A stretch of 64,000 bases of DNA from Sphingomonas sp. (GCA_965248965.1 CBDFKZ010000003.1:501306-565305); one strand, 5' to 3'; positions 1 through 9,662 are shown, counted from the first letter of the stretch. Numbers and translations are program-made. The notes: generated from the sequence alone by a model not told the origin.

Positions 1-1
1 T

Positions 2-118
2 TCGGTTGAAGTGATCGAAGTGGTCGCCGCCGCCGACAAGGCAAAGGCGAAGCATCGCACTGTCCAGAAGGCGAAGGCCGCGGACAAGGATGCCAAGAAG
101 GCCGCTGCCAAGGCCTGA
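2..118 (+). CDS. rplO: 50S ribosomal protein L15, C-terminal fragment
   Basis: Open frame SVEVIEVVAAADKAKAKHRTVQKAKAADKDAKKAAAKA ends TGA at 116-118, directly upstream of secY (conserved rplO-secY order). Confidence 0.8.
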   Translation, partial: SVEVIEVVAAADKAKAKHRTVQKAKAADKDAKKAAAKA

Positions 119-193
119 TTCCATATCGGGCGGTTAGACAACGCGTGCTGCCGCCCTATATGACGCGCTGAGCATCCAGGAACCGAACGTCTT

Positions 194-1561
194 ATGGCAT
201 CCGCAGCCGACCGCATGGCCAGCAATATCAGCCTCGGCAAATTCGCCCAGGCCACCGAACTCCGCAAGCGCCTTTGGTTTACCCTGGGTGCACTCGTCGT
301 GTTTCGCTTTCTGAGCCACGTGCCGTTGCCGGGCGTCGATCCGCGCGCGCTGGCGACGCTGTACAATACGACGCGTGGCGGCGTGCTCGACTTCTTCAAC
401 AATTTCTCGGGCGGTGCGCTTGAGCGCATGAGCGTGATCGCGCTCGGCGTGATGCCTTACATCACGGCATCGATCGTGGTGCAGCTTTCCACCTCGCTGT
501 CCCCGCAACTCGCGGCGATCAAGAAAGAGGGTGAGAGCGGGCGCAAGCGGCTCAACCAGTACACGCGCTATGGCACCGTGCTGCTGACCGCGATCCAGGG
601 ATGGTTCATCGCGGTAGGCCTAGAGAACTGGGGTGCGGCGCAGGGCATTTCCGCCGTTATCGAACCGGGCCTGCTCTTCCGTATCACCTGCGTCGTATCG
701 CTCATCGGCGGCACGATGTTCCTGATGTGGCTGGGCGAGCAGATCACCAGCCGTGGCATCGGCAACGGCGTGTCACTGATCATCATGGCGGGTATCGTCA
801 GCCAGCTGCCGCGTGCGCTGGTAAACCTGTTCGAGGGTGCGCGCACGGGCACGATGAATCCGCTGCTGATCCTCGGCATTCTTGTGCTTGCAATAGGGCT
901 GATCGCGTTCATCTGCTTCATGGAGCGGGCGCAGCGTCGCGTGCTGATCCAATATCCGAAGCGCCAGACCGCGCGAGGGATGATGCAGGGCGACAAGAGC
1001 TTCCTGCCGCTCAAGATCAACACATCGGGCGTCATTCCGCCGATTTTCGCGTCCTCGCTGCTGCTGATGCCGCTGACCGTCGCACAGTTTGCAGGCAAGA
1101 GCGTGGCAGGCGAGAGCACGGCCGGCGACATCATGCTGCAGGTGACGAGCCTGCTCCAGCACGGTTCGCCGCTGTACATGGCGCTTTATGGCGCGGGCAT
1201 CATCTTCTTCAGCTTCTTTTACACCGCCGTCGTCTTCAATCCTGAGGAAACGGCCGAGAACCTGAAGAAATATGGCGGCTTCGTGCCGGGCATTCGTCCG
1301 GGCAAGACGACCGAAACCTATCTCGACTATGTGCTGACCCGCATCACCGTGATCGGCGCGGCCTATCTGACCCTGATCTGCCTGGTGCCGGAATTCATCA
1401 CGTCGCAGTTCGGTATTTCGCTGGCACTGGGCGGCACGAGCCTGCTGATCGTGGTCAATGTGACCATGGACACGGTGACGCAGATCCAGAGCCACCTGCT
1501 CGCACATCAATACGGCGACCTGATCAAGAAGTCGAAGCTGAAGGGCGCCCGTAACCGCTAA
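194..1561 (+). CDS. secY: Preprotein translocase subunit SecY
   Basis: Polytopic membrane protein with SecY motifs (SVIALGVMPYITASI, GIGNGVSLII, GGFVPGIRPG, LGGTSLLIVV). Confidence 0.99.
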   Translation: MASAADRMASNISLGKFAQATELRKRLWFTLGALVVFRFLSHVPLPGVDPRALATLYNTTRGGVLDFFNNFSGGALERMSVIALGVMPYITASIVVQLSTSLSPQLAAIKKEGESGRKRLNQYTRYGTVLLTAIQGWFIAVGLENWGAAQGISAVIEPGLLFRITCVVSLIGGTMFLMWLGEQITSRGIGNGVSLIIMAGIVSQLPRALVNLFEGARTGTMNPLLILGILVLAIGLIAFICFMERAQRRVLIQYPKRQTARGMMQGDKSFLPLKINTSGVIPPIFASSLLLMPLTVAQFAGKSVAGESTAGDIMLQVTSLLQHGSPLYMALYGAGIIFFSFFYTAVVFNPEETAENLKKYGGFVPGIRPGKTTETYLDYVLTRITVIGAAYLTLICLVPEFITSQFGISLALGGTSLLIVVNVTMDTVTQIQSHLLAHQYGDLIKKSKLKGARNR

Positions 1562-1594
1562 GGGGCGGCCGGGTTCTTAGGGGAGTTGCGGGCG

Positions 1595-2245
1595 ATGAAC
1601 ATCATTCTGCTCGGCCCGCCAGGGGCTGGCAAAGGCACGCAGGCCCAACGTCTTGTCGAAGATCGCGGCATGGTTCAGCTTTCGACGGGCGACATGCTGC
1701 GCGCCGCCGTCAAGGCGGGATCGCCGATCGGCCTGAAGGCCAAGGCAGTGATGGATGCGGGCGAGCTCGTCAGCGACGAAATTGTCGACGGCCTGATCGG
1801 TGACAAGCTCGATGCAATGCCTACGACGCAAGGTGCCATTTTCGATGGCTATCCCCGTACAGGTGCGCAGGCCGCGTCGCTCGACAAGATCCTGGCCGAC
1901 CGCGGTCGGACGCTGGACGCGGTGATCGAGCTCGAGGTCAACGAGGATGCACTCGTCGACAGGATCACCGGCCGCTACACGTGCGCGAAGTGCGGCACGG
2001 GCTATCATGATCGCTACGCCAAGCCCAAGGTCGAAGGCGTGTGCGACACTTGCGGTTCGACCGAATTCAAGCGTCGACCCGACGATAATGCGGAAACCGT
2101 CCGCACGCGCATGGCTGAGTATCGCGCCAAAACGGCGCCGATTCTGCCGATTTACGAAGCGCGCGGCCTTTTGACGCGGATCGACGGGATGGCTGATATC
2201 GACGTCGTGTCGGCAGCCATTGAAACTGTCCTGGGCGTCCGCTGA
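1595..2245 (+). CDS. adk: Adenylate kinase with Zn-finger LID
   Basis: GPPGAGKGTQA P-loop, LSTGDMLR, DGYPRT, CxxC...CxxC LID; follows secY. Confidence 0.98.
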   Translation: MNIILLGPPGAGKGTQAQRLVEDRGMVQLSTGDMLRAAVKAGSPIGLKAKAVMDAGELVSDEIVDGLIGDKLDAMPTTQGAIFDGYPRTGAQAASLDKILADRGRTLDAVIELEVNEDALVDRITGRYTCAKCGTGYHDRYAKPKVEGVCDTCGSTEFKRRPDDNAETVRTRMAEYRAKTAPILPIYEARGLLTRIDGMADIDVVSAAIETVLGVR

Positions 2246-2307
2246 CACCTGCTTCGAGCGAAGCGCGCCCGGCCCTGGAACATGCCAGCGCGACGATGCC
2301 AGCCTTG

Positions 2308-2332
2308 GGAACGTCAAACTCTTTTCGCCGTT
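2308..2332 (+). promoter_or_regulatory. Putative EcfG (general stress sigma) promoter 1
   Basis: GGAAC-N16-CGTT matches the alphaproteobacterial EcfG consensus. Confidence 0.55.
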
Positions 2333-2401
2333 CATCATTCAGGGCAGTTGGGCTGATGCCCCGGGCTTGGTCCGTGACCCTTGGCAAACTGCAGCTGTCG
2401 G

Positions 2402-2426
2402 GGAACGACGGTCCCGACGATGTGTT
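2402..2426 (+). promoter_or_regulatory. Putative EcfG promoter 2
   Basis: GGAAC-N16-TGTT about 20 nt upstream of the DUF2945 start. Confidence 0.6.
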
Positions 2427-2447
2427 AGCCTTCGAAAGGAGCATGGC

Positions 2448-2660
2448 ATGACAGGGAAGACATTCGCTAAGGGCGATGCCGTCGAATGGGATTCGAGCGG
2501 CGGGCACTCGATTGGCAAGGTGGTCAAGAAAATCACGAAGCCGACCCAGATCAAGGGGCACAAGGTTGCCGCCTCGAAGGACAACCCCGAGTATCTCGTC
2601 AAGTCGGACAAGTCGGGCGCGGTAGCTGCGCATAAGCCCGCAAGCCTGAAACCGAGGTAA
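2448..2660 (+). CDS. DUF2945 / hypervirulence-associated TUDOR-like small protein
   Basis: 70 aa, FAKGDAVEWDS...ASKDNPEYLVKSDKSGAVAAHKP pattern; AAGGAG RBS before ATG 2448. Confidence 0.8.
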   Translation: MTGKTFAKGDAVEWDSSGGHSIGKVVKKITKPTQIKGHKVAASKDNPEYLVKSDKSGAVAAHKPASLKPR

Positions 2661-2732
2661 GGGTAACGCCGATATTAGGATCTCGTTAACCGTGTCAGGC
2701 TAGACCGTCCTCTCGCCACAGAGGGCACCAGC

Positions 2733-3764
2733 TTGCATCAAGTCATTGATCTCGAGACGTTGCGTGCCACGGCGACGGGGCTACACGCAGATTACCGACC
2801 GGGCATGCCGCAGTCGCCGGTGTTCGTGTCAATCGTCGTTCCGGTGAAAGACGAAGAGGCATCGATTGTCACGTTCGTCGAGCGCGTGTCGGCAGTGCTG
2901 GACCGCGTCGCGCCGATGGGTGACTGGGAAATCCTGTTCATCGACGACGGCAGCCGCGATGCGACGTATGCTGTCATCTGCCAGGCCAACCGCAACGATC
3001 CGAGGATCAAGGCGCTCTCGCTGTCTCGGAATTTCGGCAAAGAGGCCGCGCTTTCGGCGGGTATCGATCACTGTCGCGGCCAAGTGGTCATCCCGATCGA
3101 CGTCGATCTGCAGGATCCGCCCGAAGTGATCGTGGAAATGATCGCCCGCTGGCGAGAGGGCTATGAGGTCGTTTACGGCGTGCGGCGAAGCCGGGCTTCT
3201 GACAGCTTCGCCAAGAGGTTGACGGCGCATCTCTACTACCGCGTTCACAACGGATTGTCCGAAGACAAGATCCCCGAACATGCCGGCGATTTCCGCCTGC
3301 TCGATCGCAAGGTCATCGCGACGTTGCGTCGGATGCCGGAACGCAACCGTTTCATGAAGGGCCTGTTTGCCTGGAGCGGATTTCGCCAAACGGCGGTCAC
3401 CTATGATCGGGTCGAACGCACAGCCGGGAAAAGCAAATTCAGCGGCTGGAAGCTATGGACGCTTGCGATCGACGGCATCACTTCCTCGTCGACGGTACCG
3501 TTGCGCGTCTGGAGCTATATCGGCGGCGTCATTGCCCTGGGCGCCTTGTCCTATGCGCTGTTCGTGACGGCGCGAACGGTCTTTTTCGGATCGCCGGTCA
3601 GCGGCTACCCGTCGATCATGGTTTCGATCATGTTCTTCGGCGGCGTGCAACTTTTGTCGCTGGGGGTGCTGGGCGAATATGTCGGCCGGGTCCTGATCGA
3701 AACGAAACAACGGCCGCTCTATGTCGTCCGCGACAGGGTGGGCAACGAGGAGCTTCCCGAATGA
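2733..3764 (+). CDS. GT2 glycosyltransferase, GtrB/polyprenol-phosphate glycosyltransferase type
   Basis: SIVVPVKDEE, FIDDGSRD, LSRNFGKEAA, DVDLQDPPE, GDFRLLDR and two C-terminal TM helices. Confidence 0.92.
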   Translation: MHQVIDLETLRATATGLHADYRPGMPQSPVFVSIVVPVKDEEASIVTFVERVSAVLDRVAPMGDWEILFIDDGSRDATYAVICQANRNDPRIKALSLSRNFGKEAALSAGIDHCRGQVVIPIDVDLQDPPEVIVEMIARWREGYEVVYGVRRSRASDSFAKRLTAHLYYRVHNGLSEDKIPEHAGDFRLLDRKVIATLRRMPERNRFMKGLFAWSGFRQTAVTYDRVERTAGKSKFSGWKLWTLAIDGITSSSTVPLRVWSYIGGVIALGALSYALFVTARTVFFGSPVSGYPSIMVSIMFFGGVQLLSLGVLGEYVGRVLIETKQRPLYVVRDRVGNEELPE

Positions 3765-4519
3765 CCGCAGCAGCGGCCCCCCGCCAGGGCGACATCGCGT
3801 TTCAGGCAAATCTATACGACGATCCCAACCCGACGCGGCGTGGCCTGCATCGCGCCCGCCGCGCGTGGGTCGAGGAGGCCGTGGACGAATTTCTGCCGCC
3901 CGCCGGCACGGCGATCGAAGTCGGCATCGGCTGCGGCCTGTTCACCCGCTTCATTGCGGGACGCGGGGGGGCAGTGACGGCAGTCGACATCAACCCTGCC
4001 TTCGTCGACGGGGTCCGCGACGTGGCGGGGGTTCGGGCCGTCCTGACCGATGCCACGCAAAAGATGGCGCTGGGCGAGCATGATTTGGCGCTCTGCACCG
4101 AAGTTCTTGAGCATGTGCCGCCGGCATCGTCGCTGGGCATGCTCCGCGCCTTGGCGGATGCGCTCCGCCCCGGCGGGGTCCTCGTCCTCACCACGCCGCA
4201 AGCGTTCTCGGTCGTGGAACTGTTCGCTCGTCTGCTGCGCTTCCCGCCCTTTCTGGCGCTGGCAAAGCAGCTGTACGGTGTCGCCGATGAACTGGGACAC
4301 ATCAACCTGCTGACCGCACGCCAGCTTCACGCACAGATCGAGCAAGCGGGTTTCATGATCGAGCGTGAAAGCCGCTTCGGATTCTATCTGCCGGGCATCG
4401 CCGAATTCGGTGGTATTGCCGGGCAGCGTGTCCTCACTTCGGTCGGCAACCGGCTGTCGAAGGTCGCCGGGCTACGCGCGCTGCTGTGGACGCAGGCTTA
4501 TGTGTTGCGCAAAATCTAG
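3761..4519 (+). CDS. Class I SAM-dependent methyltransferase
   Basis: IEVGIGCG motif I, VDIN, CTEVLEHV, LRPGGVLVLTTP; ATGA overlap with the GT2 stop. Confidence 0.88.
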   Translation: MTAAAAPRQGDIAFQANLYDDPNPTRRGLHRARRAWVEEAVDEFLPPAGTAIEVGIGCGLFTRFIAGRGGAVTAVDINPAFVDGVRDVAGVRAVLTDATQKMALGEHDLALCTEVLEHVPPASSLGMLRALADALRPGGVLVLTTPQAFSVVELFARLLRFPPFLALAKQLYGVADELGHINLLTARQLHAQIEQAGFMIERESRFGFYLPGIAEFGGIAGQRVLTSVGNRLSKVAGLRALLWTQAYVLRKI

Positions 4520-4528
4520 CGAGAGGGA

Positions 4529-4744
4529 CTATCGGTCGGCGCGTGCGGCGACAAAACACGCCGCATAGACGCGCGCGGCGCGCCCCACGAGCCGGATGTC
4601 CCGGACAAGAAAATGCACGAGAAGGCGGAGCAGGGTCAGCGGAATGGCAACCGCAAGCATGACCAGTCCCAGCGCCAGGCTACCGCGCACCGTCGAGGAC
4701 GGCTCAGCGACAACGGCGGGTATTTCAATTTTGCCCATGTACAT
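4529..4744 (-). CDS. Small hypothetical membrane protein
   Basis: 71 aa with one hydrophobic segment; GGAGA RBS upstream of the ATG. Confidence 0.5.
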   Translation of the reverse strand: MYMGKIEIPAVVAEPSSTVRGSLALGLVMLAVAIPLTLLRLLVHFLVRDIRLVGRAARVYAACFVAARADR

Positions 4745-4853
4745 CGCATTTCTCCTGCCGACGTCGGCACTCTGGAGCGATACGGTTAACGACGCGTAAA
4801 CGGTAACTGCCTGCTCCTTACTCCGGAAGCTCAGGCGCAGGCTGCGCTCACGC

Positions 4854-4882
4854 TTGACAGCTTTGGCTCATGTGCTTATCGG
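4854..4882 (+). promoter_or_regulatory. Putative sigma70 promoter of the rpsM operon
   Basis: TTGACA followed by a 17-nt spacer and a weak -10 (TATCGG), about 130 nt upstream of rpsM. Confidence 0.45.
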
Positions 4883-5012
4883 CGCGGGTTCCCATCAGAC
4901 AGTCGGAACGGCGGGTGCTTTTGCGCGCGCCGTATTCGTCGTTCGCTGTTGGGAATGACGCGAAGAGATAGGGTGTCTCGCCAGGCACCCTGTGGAGCTG
5001 GAGGATTTTTTT

Positions 5013-5381
5013 ATGGCACGAATTGCGGGAGTTAACATTCCCACCAACAAGCGCGTCCACATTGCGCTGACCTATATCCACGGCATTGGAAATACCAAGG
5101 CCAAGGAAATCACGACGAAGCTGGGCATTTCCGAATCGGCGCGCGTCCAGGACCTGACCGACCAGGAAGTGCTGCAGATCCGCGAAGCGATCGATGCGGG
5201 CTATACCGTCGAGGGTGACCTTCGCCGTACCGTGTCGCAGAATATCAAGCGCCTGATGGATCTTGCCTGCTATCGCGGCCTTCGTCACCGCAAGGGTCTG
5301 CCGGTCCGCGGCCAGCGCACGCACACCAATGCGCGCACCCGCAAGGGCAAGGCAAAGCCGATCGCCGGCAAGAAGAAATAA
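5013..5381 (+). CDS. rpsM: 30S ribosomal protein S13
   Basis: [10 protein letters not shown]...[27 protein letters not shown]. Confidence 0.99.
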   Translation: MARIAGVNIPTNKRVHIALTYIHGIGNTKAKEITTKLGISESARVQDLTDQEVLQIREAIDAGYTVEGDLRRTVSQNIKRLMDLACYRGLRHRKGLPVRGQRTHTNARTRKGKAKPIAGKKK

Positions 5382-5438
5382 GCCTGCGCGAGGCCCCCAA
5401 GGCCCCCGGGTTTCCTGCAAGATTAGGACAGCACAGAT

Positions 5439-5828
5439 ATGGCACGCGAACCACAGCGGATTAAGCGCCGCGAACGCAAGAACATCACCTCCGGCGTTGC
5501 GCATGTGAACGCCAGCTTCAACAACACGATGATCACGATCACCGACGCACAGGGCAACACGATCAGCTGGTCGAGCGCTGGCATGATGGGCTTCAAGGGT
5601 TCGCGAAAGTCGACCCCTTACGCGGCCCAGGTTGCCGCCGAAGATGCGGGCAAGAAGGCGTCCGAACATGGCGTCCGCACGCTCGAGGTCGAGGTCAAGG
5701 GCCCCGGCTCGGGTCGCGAAAGCGCTTTGCGCGCCCTGCAGGCCGTCGGTTTCAACATCACGAGCATCCGTGACGTGACGTCGATTCCGCACAATGGCGT
5801 GCGTCCTTCGAAGCGTCGCCGCGTTTAA
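5439..5828 (+). CDS. rpsK: 30S ribosomal protein S11
   Basis: [44 protein letters not shown]. Confidence 0.99.
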   Translation: MAREPQRIKRRERKNITSGVAHVNASFNNTMITITDAQGNTISWSSAGMMGFKGSRKSTPYAAQVAAEDAGKKASEHGVRTLEVEVKGPGSGRESALRALQAVGFNITSIRDVTSIPHNGVRPSKRRRV

Positions 5829-5916
5829 TTCGCGACAGATGCTCGAAGACGCACTCAATTCCGAATACCCGGCTGACCCGCTGACGAGCGCGTCGCCCAA
5901 CCCCAAGGGGAACACC

Positions 5917-7008
5917 GTGGCCGTCAACTCCAAGAACTGGCAGGAACTCAAGAAGCCCGTCGCGCTCGAGAAGAAAGCGGGCGGCGATACCAAGCGTCGT
6001 GCGACGTTCATCGCGGAGCCGCTCGAGCGGGGCTTCGGCCTGACGCTCGGCAATGCGCTGCGCCGCGTGCTGCTGTCTTCGCTGCAGGGCGCCGCCGTCA
6101 CGAGCATCAAGATCGAAAACGTGCTCCACGAGTTCAGCTCGCTGGCCGGCGTTCGCGAGGACGTGACCGACATCGTGCTCAACGTGAAGCAGATCGCGCT
6201 GCGCATGCAGGGCGAGGGGCCCAAGCGTCTCCAGCTGAGCGCGACCGGTCCGGCCGACGTCACCGCGGGCATGATCGCCATGTCGGGCGACATCGAGGTC
6301 ATGAACCCTGACCTCCTTATCTGCCATCTCGACGAAGGTGCAACGCTCAACATGGAGCTCACCGCCGACACGGGTAAGGGCTATGTCGCCGCCGCCAGCA
6401 ACCGACCCGCAGACGCGCCGATCGGCCTGGTCCCGGTCGACGCGCTCTATTCGCCGGTCAAGCAGGTCGCCTACAAGGTGGAAAACACCCGCGTCGGGCA
6501 GGAGCTCGACTATGACAAGCTGACCCTGACGATCGAGACCGACGGCACGATCACGCCCGAGGACGCGGTGGCCTATGCCGCGCGGATCCTGCAGGACCAG
6601 CTCAGCCTGTTCGTCCACTTCGACGACAGCTCGGCAGTCAGCCAGTCGCCGATCATCGGCATGGCGGCGCCCAGCGGTGCGGCGGGCGGCTTCGGCGGCG
6701 GTGTGCCGGCGAGCGAGAGCGACACCAACCAGCTCAACCGTTACCTGCTCAAGAAGGTCGACGAACTGGAACTGTCGGTGCGCAGCGCCAATTGTCTGAA
6801 GAACGACAACATCATCTACATCGGCGACTTGGTCGGCAAGAGTGAGGCAGAGATGCTCCGCACGCCGAACTTCGGCCGCAAGAGCCTGAACGAGATCAAG
6901 GAAGTGCTCTCGAGCATGGGCCTGCGCCTCGGCATGGACATCCCCGGATGGCCGCCCGAGAACATCGAGGACATGGCCAAGAAGCTCGAAGCGGAGCTGA
7001 TGGGCTAA
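5917..7008 (+). CDS. rpoA: RNA polymerase alpha subunit
   Basis: [48 protein letters not shown]; GTG start 5917 after an AAGGGG RBS. Confidence 0.99.
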   Translation: MAVNSKNWQELKKPVALEKKAGGDTKRRATFIAEPLERGFGLTLGNALRRVLLSSLQGAAVTSIKIENVLHEFSSLAGVREDVTDIVLNVKQIALRMQGEGPKRLQLSATGPADVTAGMIAMSGDIEVMNPDLLICHLDEGATLNMELTADTGKGYVAAASNRPADAPIGLVPVDALYSPVKQVAYKVENTRVGQELDYDKLTLTIETDGTITPEDAVAYAARILQDQLSLFVHFDDSSAVSQSPIIGMAAPSGAAGGFGGGVPASESDTNQLNRYLLKKVDELELSVRSANCLKNDNIIYIGDLVGKSEAEMLRTPNFGRKSLNEIKEVLSSMGLRLGMDIPGWPPENIEDMAKKLEAELMG

Positions 7009-7037
7009 AAGCCCCGAAGCAAAGCTTCAAGAGAGCC

Positions 7038-7091
7038 GCTCAAACAGAAAGAGCGCGTTACCGAGAGGTAGCGCGCTCTTTCTGTTTGAGC
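7038..7091. repeat. Long hairpin / REP-like inverted repeat with GAGA (GNRA) loop
   Basis: GCTCAAACAGAAAGAGCGCG-t-TACC-GAGA-GGTA-g-CGCGCTCTTTCTGTTTGAGC: 25-bp stem including one G-U pair, between convergent rpoA and the small secreted ORF. Confidence 0.85.
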
Positions 7092-7161
7092 CGGGCCGCG
7101 CCCGACCGGCCCTGGCGTCAGCCATGGACCGGCGAAGGCGCGGGTCTTGCCTGCGTTGCGC

Positions 7162-7344
7162 TCAGACCGGCTTCGCGCCCGGGGTGCCGCACTTGGCGAA
7201 TTTGCCATTGGCCTTGCAGCGTACCGGCGCCTTGGGAGCCGGAGGGCACTTGGTGAACTTGCCCTTGGCGTCCTTGCAAGGGGCGGCGAGCGCAGGGGTT
7301 GTCATCAGGCCGAGAGCGGCGATGGCAGCGAGCATGAGGCGCAT
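7162..7344 (-). CDS. Small secreted Lys/Cys-rich protein
   Basis: Signal peptide (MRLMLAAIAALGLMTTPALA) and a mature part with two C-K-x(2-3)-GKF-x-KC motifs; GGAGA RBS. Confidence 0.8.
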   Translation of the reverse strand: MRLMLAAIAALGLMTTPALAAPCKDAKGKFTKCPPAPKAPVRCKANGKFAKCGTPGAKPV

Positions 7345-7594
7345 GTGTGTCTCCGTTCAGACGGCGCCATCTCCTGTGGCGCCAATCATAGAATACGCGC
7401 GCGTAACGACAATTGCGAGATAAATTCAATGGCTTGAGTCCCGAGGTCCGGCGAGCGCCGACGCCGCACGCGCCAAGCGCTGCATCGGGCCGATGCTACG
7501 CTATGATGGCAGTGCGGGCTGTCGCGCGGGCCAAGGCGCGCTGCGGGGGCACACGCTCCCGACCAGTTCCCGGCGCGCCAAGGAAAGGTGGCGC

Positions 7595-9580
7595 TCAGTC
7601 GGCGGACGTCTTCATGAAGATGTATTCGTGCTGGGCATCATTGAGGACGAGAGCGGGCTTTGCCTCGCGCGTGGTCGACAGGAAAACAAATCCCCCCGAT
7701 CCCGGCGAGAAAGTGACAAGCGAAGTGGTGCCATCCTGGTTTTTCTTGGTCGCCACTTCCGACCAGATCGACGTGGCACGGGCCATGAGCTTGCCGCCCT
7801 CATAGCCGATGGTGAGGGGGCCCAGTTCGGGATTGCGGTAGGTGCCGACAAAGGCCCTGGCCTGTTGCGGCTTGACGGGGCGAGTGAGCTCGCTGCGGAA
7901 TTTGGCAAGCTCCTCGTCCGACCGCTTTGCGGCTGACGCGACGTTTTCAACGGCCTCAGGCTTCCCGTCGTAAAGAAGTTCGAGAAGGCGGCGCTGGACC
8001 GCGCGCGTCAGCGTATAGCCGGTCTCGCCGTTCGTCAGCACGACGACGCCGACCTGCGCCGCGGGGATGGCGAACCAGTTGCTCTTGTAGCCGAACATGC
8101 TGCCGCCGTGCTGGATGACCGACACGCCCATGCTGGCATCGTCCTCGAGGCCCATGCCGTACCAGATATTTTCGCCTGTCGGGACATTGTGGACCCGGCG
8201 CGCGAGCAGGTTCTCGACCGAGACGAGGCGCTTTCCGTTCGGCAAGAGGCCCTGGTCGAGCTCGTTACGGACATATTGCGCCATGTCGTGCGCCGACGAC
8301 CAGGCGCCGCCAGCGGGTCGGTAGGGAGCGACCGTGTCGTTGAAGCGAACGTCGAGAGTCGCGATCCTGCCGTCGATGTCGGTGTCGTAGGGCTTCGCCC
8401 AGTCGCCGGCCATGGCCTGGCGGTTGCTGAGCGTGGTGTTGCTCATGCCGAGGGGGTCGAAGATGCGCTCCTTGATCGCCTTGTCGAAAGCAGCGCCCAA
8501 TTCCATGTCCGGATAGATGATGTGGGCAGCGAGATAGCCTGCGGCGCTCGCCATCAGGTTGTTGTACTGGAATACCTCGCCGAATCCGCTGGTCGGCTGG
8601 GTCGCGGCGAGCTGGGTGAAGGTCTCCGTCGCCGCCGTGTCGGGCCGCGTGTTGAACAGCCACTGCATGTCCTTGCGCGGCAGGCCGGTGCAGGCGCAGA
8701 CGAGGTGCTTGACGAGCACCTTGCGCGTCGTTTCGTCGCTGCCGAGGCGGAAGGTCGGCATATAGTCGATGACCGGCTTGTTCCAGTCGAGCTTGCCCTG
8801 ATCGACGAGCGTCGCGAGCAGCAGCGTCGCCATGCCCTTGGTGTTGGAGGCGATCATGAACAGCGTGTCCTTGTCGACAGGCGCGCCGGTTGCCGTGTCC
8901 TTCACGCCGATGCCGCCTTCGTAGACGATCTTGCCCTGGTCGATGACGGCGAGGCCGACGCCGGGCACTTTGAGCGCCGTCATCGAGCTCTGGATGAAGC
9001 GCTTGAGTTGCTCGATGCGGGCGGCATCCATGCGGTGCGCGACTCTGCCCGCGAAATTTTCCTTGGCGAAGCCGGCCGGGCGCAGCGTGTCGGCCGAAGC
9101 GCCGAACTGACCGCCGCGCTTGGCGATGGTCGCGATCGCACCCTGCACGGCAACGACCGTCCAGGCCGTGCCCTTGCGGAAACCCACGGCCTGGGCAAAC
9201 GCCTTTTCGGCGGGGGGCACGTCGTAGCTGACGACGACCATTTCGTCCCAGCCGTCGCGTGCGGGCTGCGGCTGGACGAGGCGCACGGGGCGGGCGAAGG
9301 CGGGATCGGCGCTTTTCCATCCGGCGACGACGGCGCTGGCCCCGTCCTTCGCCACGGGCACGGCGACCAGGACCACGCTGAGGTCTTTTTCGGGTGCCGT
9401 GAATCGGACCGTTCCGCCGTCACGAGTGACCGCCCATCCTTCGGGGGGAACCATGGTGGCGTTGGCGCCAACGTTGAGGGGGGCGGCCGCACTCGCGGGC
9501 TTTTCCTGCGCAAGCGCGGCGCCGGTCGCCAGCGGTGCAGCCGAGACGGCCAATGCGGTTACGAATAGCTTGAGTCGCAT
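7595..9580 (-). CDS. Secreted serine hydrolase, beta-lactamase/class C-like family
   Basis: Signal peptide, SxxK (IASNTK), YxN (FQYNN) and HGG motifs, with extra N- and C-terminal domains. Confidence 0.9.
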   Translation of the reverse strand: MRLKLFVTALAVSAAPLATGAALAQEKPASAAAPLNVGANATMVPPEGWAVTRDGGTVRFTAPEKDLSVVLVAVPVAKDGASAVVAGWKSADPAFARPVRLVQPQPARDGWDEMVVVSYDVPPAEKAFAQAVGFRKGTAWTVVAVQGAIATIAKRGGQFGASADTLRPAGFAKENFAGRVAHRMDAARIEQLKRFIQSSMTALKVPGVGLAVIDQGKIVYEGGIGVKDTATGAPVDKDTLFMIASNTKGMATLLLATLVDQGKLDWNKPVIDYMPTFRLGSDETTRKVLVKHLVCACTGLPRKDMQWLFNTRPDTAATETFTQLAATQPTSGFGEVFQYNNLMASAAGYLAAHIIYPDMELGAAFDKAIKERIFDPLGMSNTTLSNRQAMAGDWAKPYDTDIDGRIATLDVRFNDTVAPYRPAGGAWSSAHDMAQYVRNELDQGLLPNGKRLVSVENLLARRVHNVPTGENIWYGMGLEDDASMGVSVIQHGGSMFGYKSNWFAIPAAQVGVVVLTNGETGYTLTRAVQRRLLELLYDGKPEAVENVASAAKRSDEELAKFRSELTRPVKPQQARAFVGTYRNPELGPLTIGYEGGKLMARATSIWSEVATKKNQDGTTSLVTFSPGSGGFVFLSTTREAKPALVLNDAQHEYIFMKTSAD

Positions 9581-9662
9581 GTGTTTTCCCCTCCGTTGGG
9601 GAAGTTGTGCGAAGACCCTAGGGGCATTGCAAGCACGATCTGGTCGCGGCCCGCGATGTTAG

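Noticed and set aside
5013-5916. Absence of infA, rpmJ and rpsD from the alpha operon
   Set aside because: This is normal for Alphaproteobacteria.
6640-6730. Gly/Ala-rich extended rpoA interdomain linker
   Set aside because: The linker is naturally variable in length; no specific signal.
7009-9662. Integrative element at the tRNA-Tyr 3' end
   Set aside because: No integrase and no duplicated tRNA 3' (att) sequence seen in the window.
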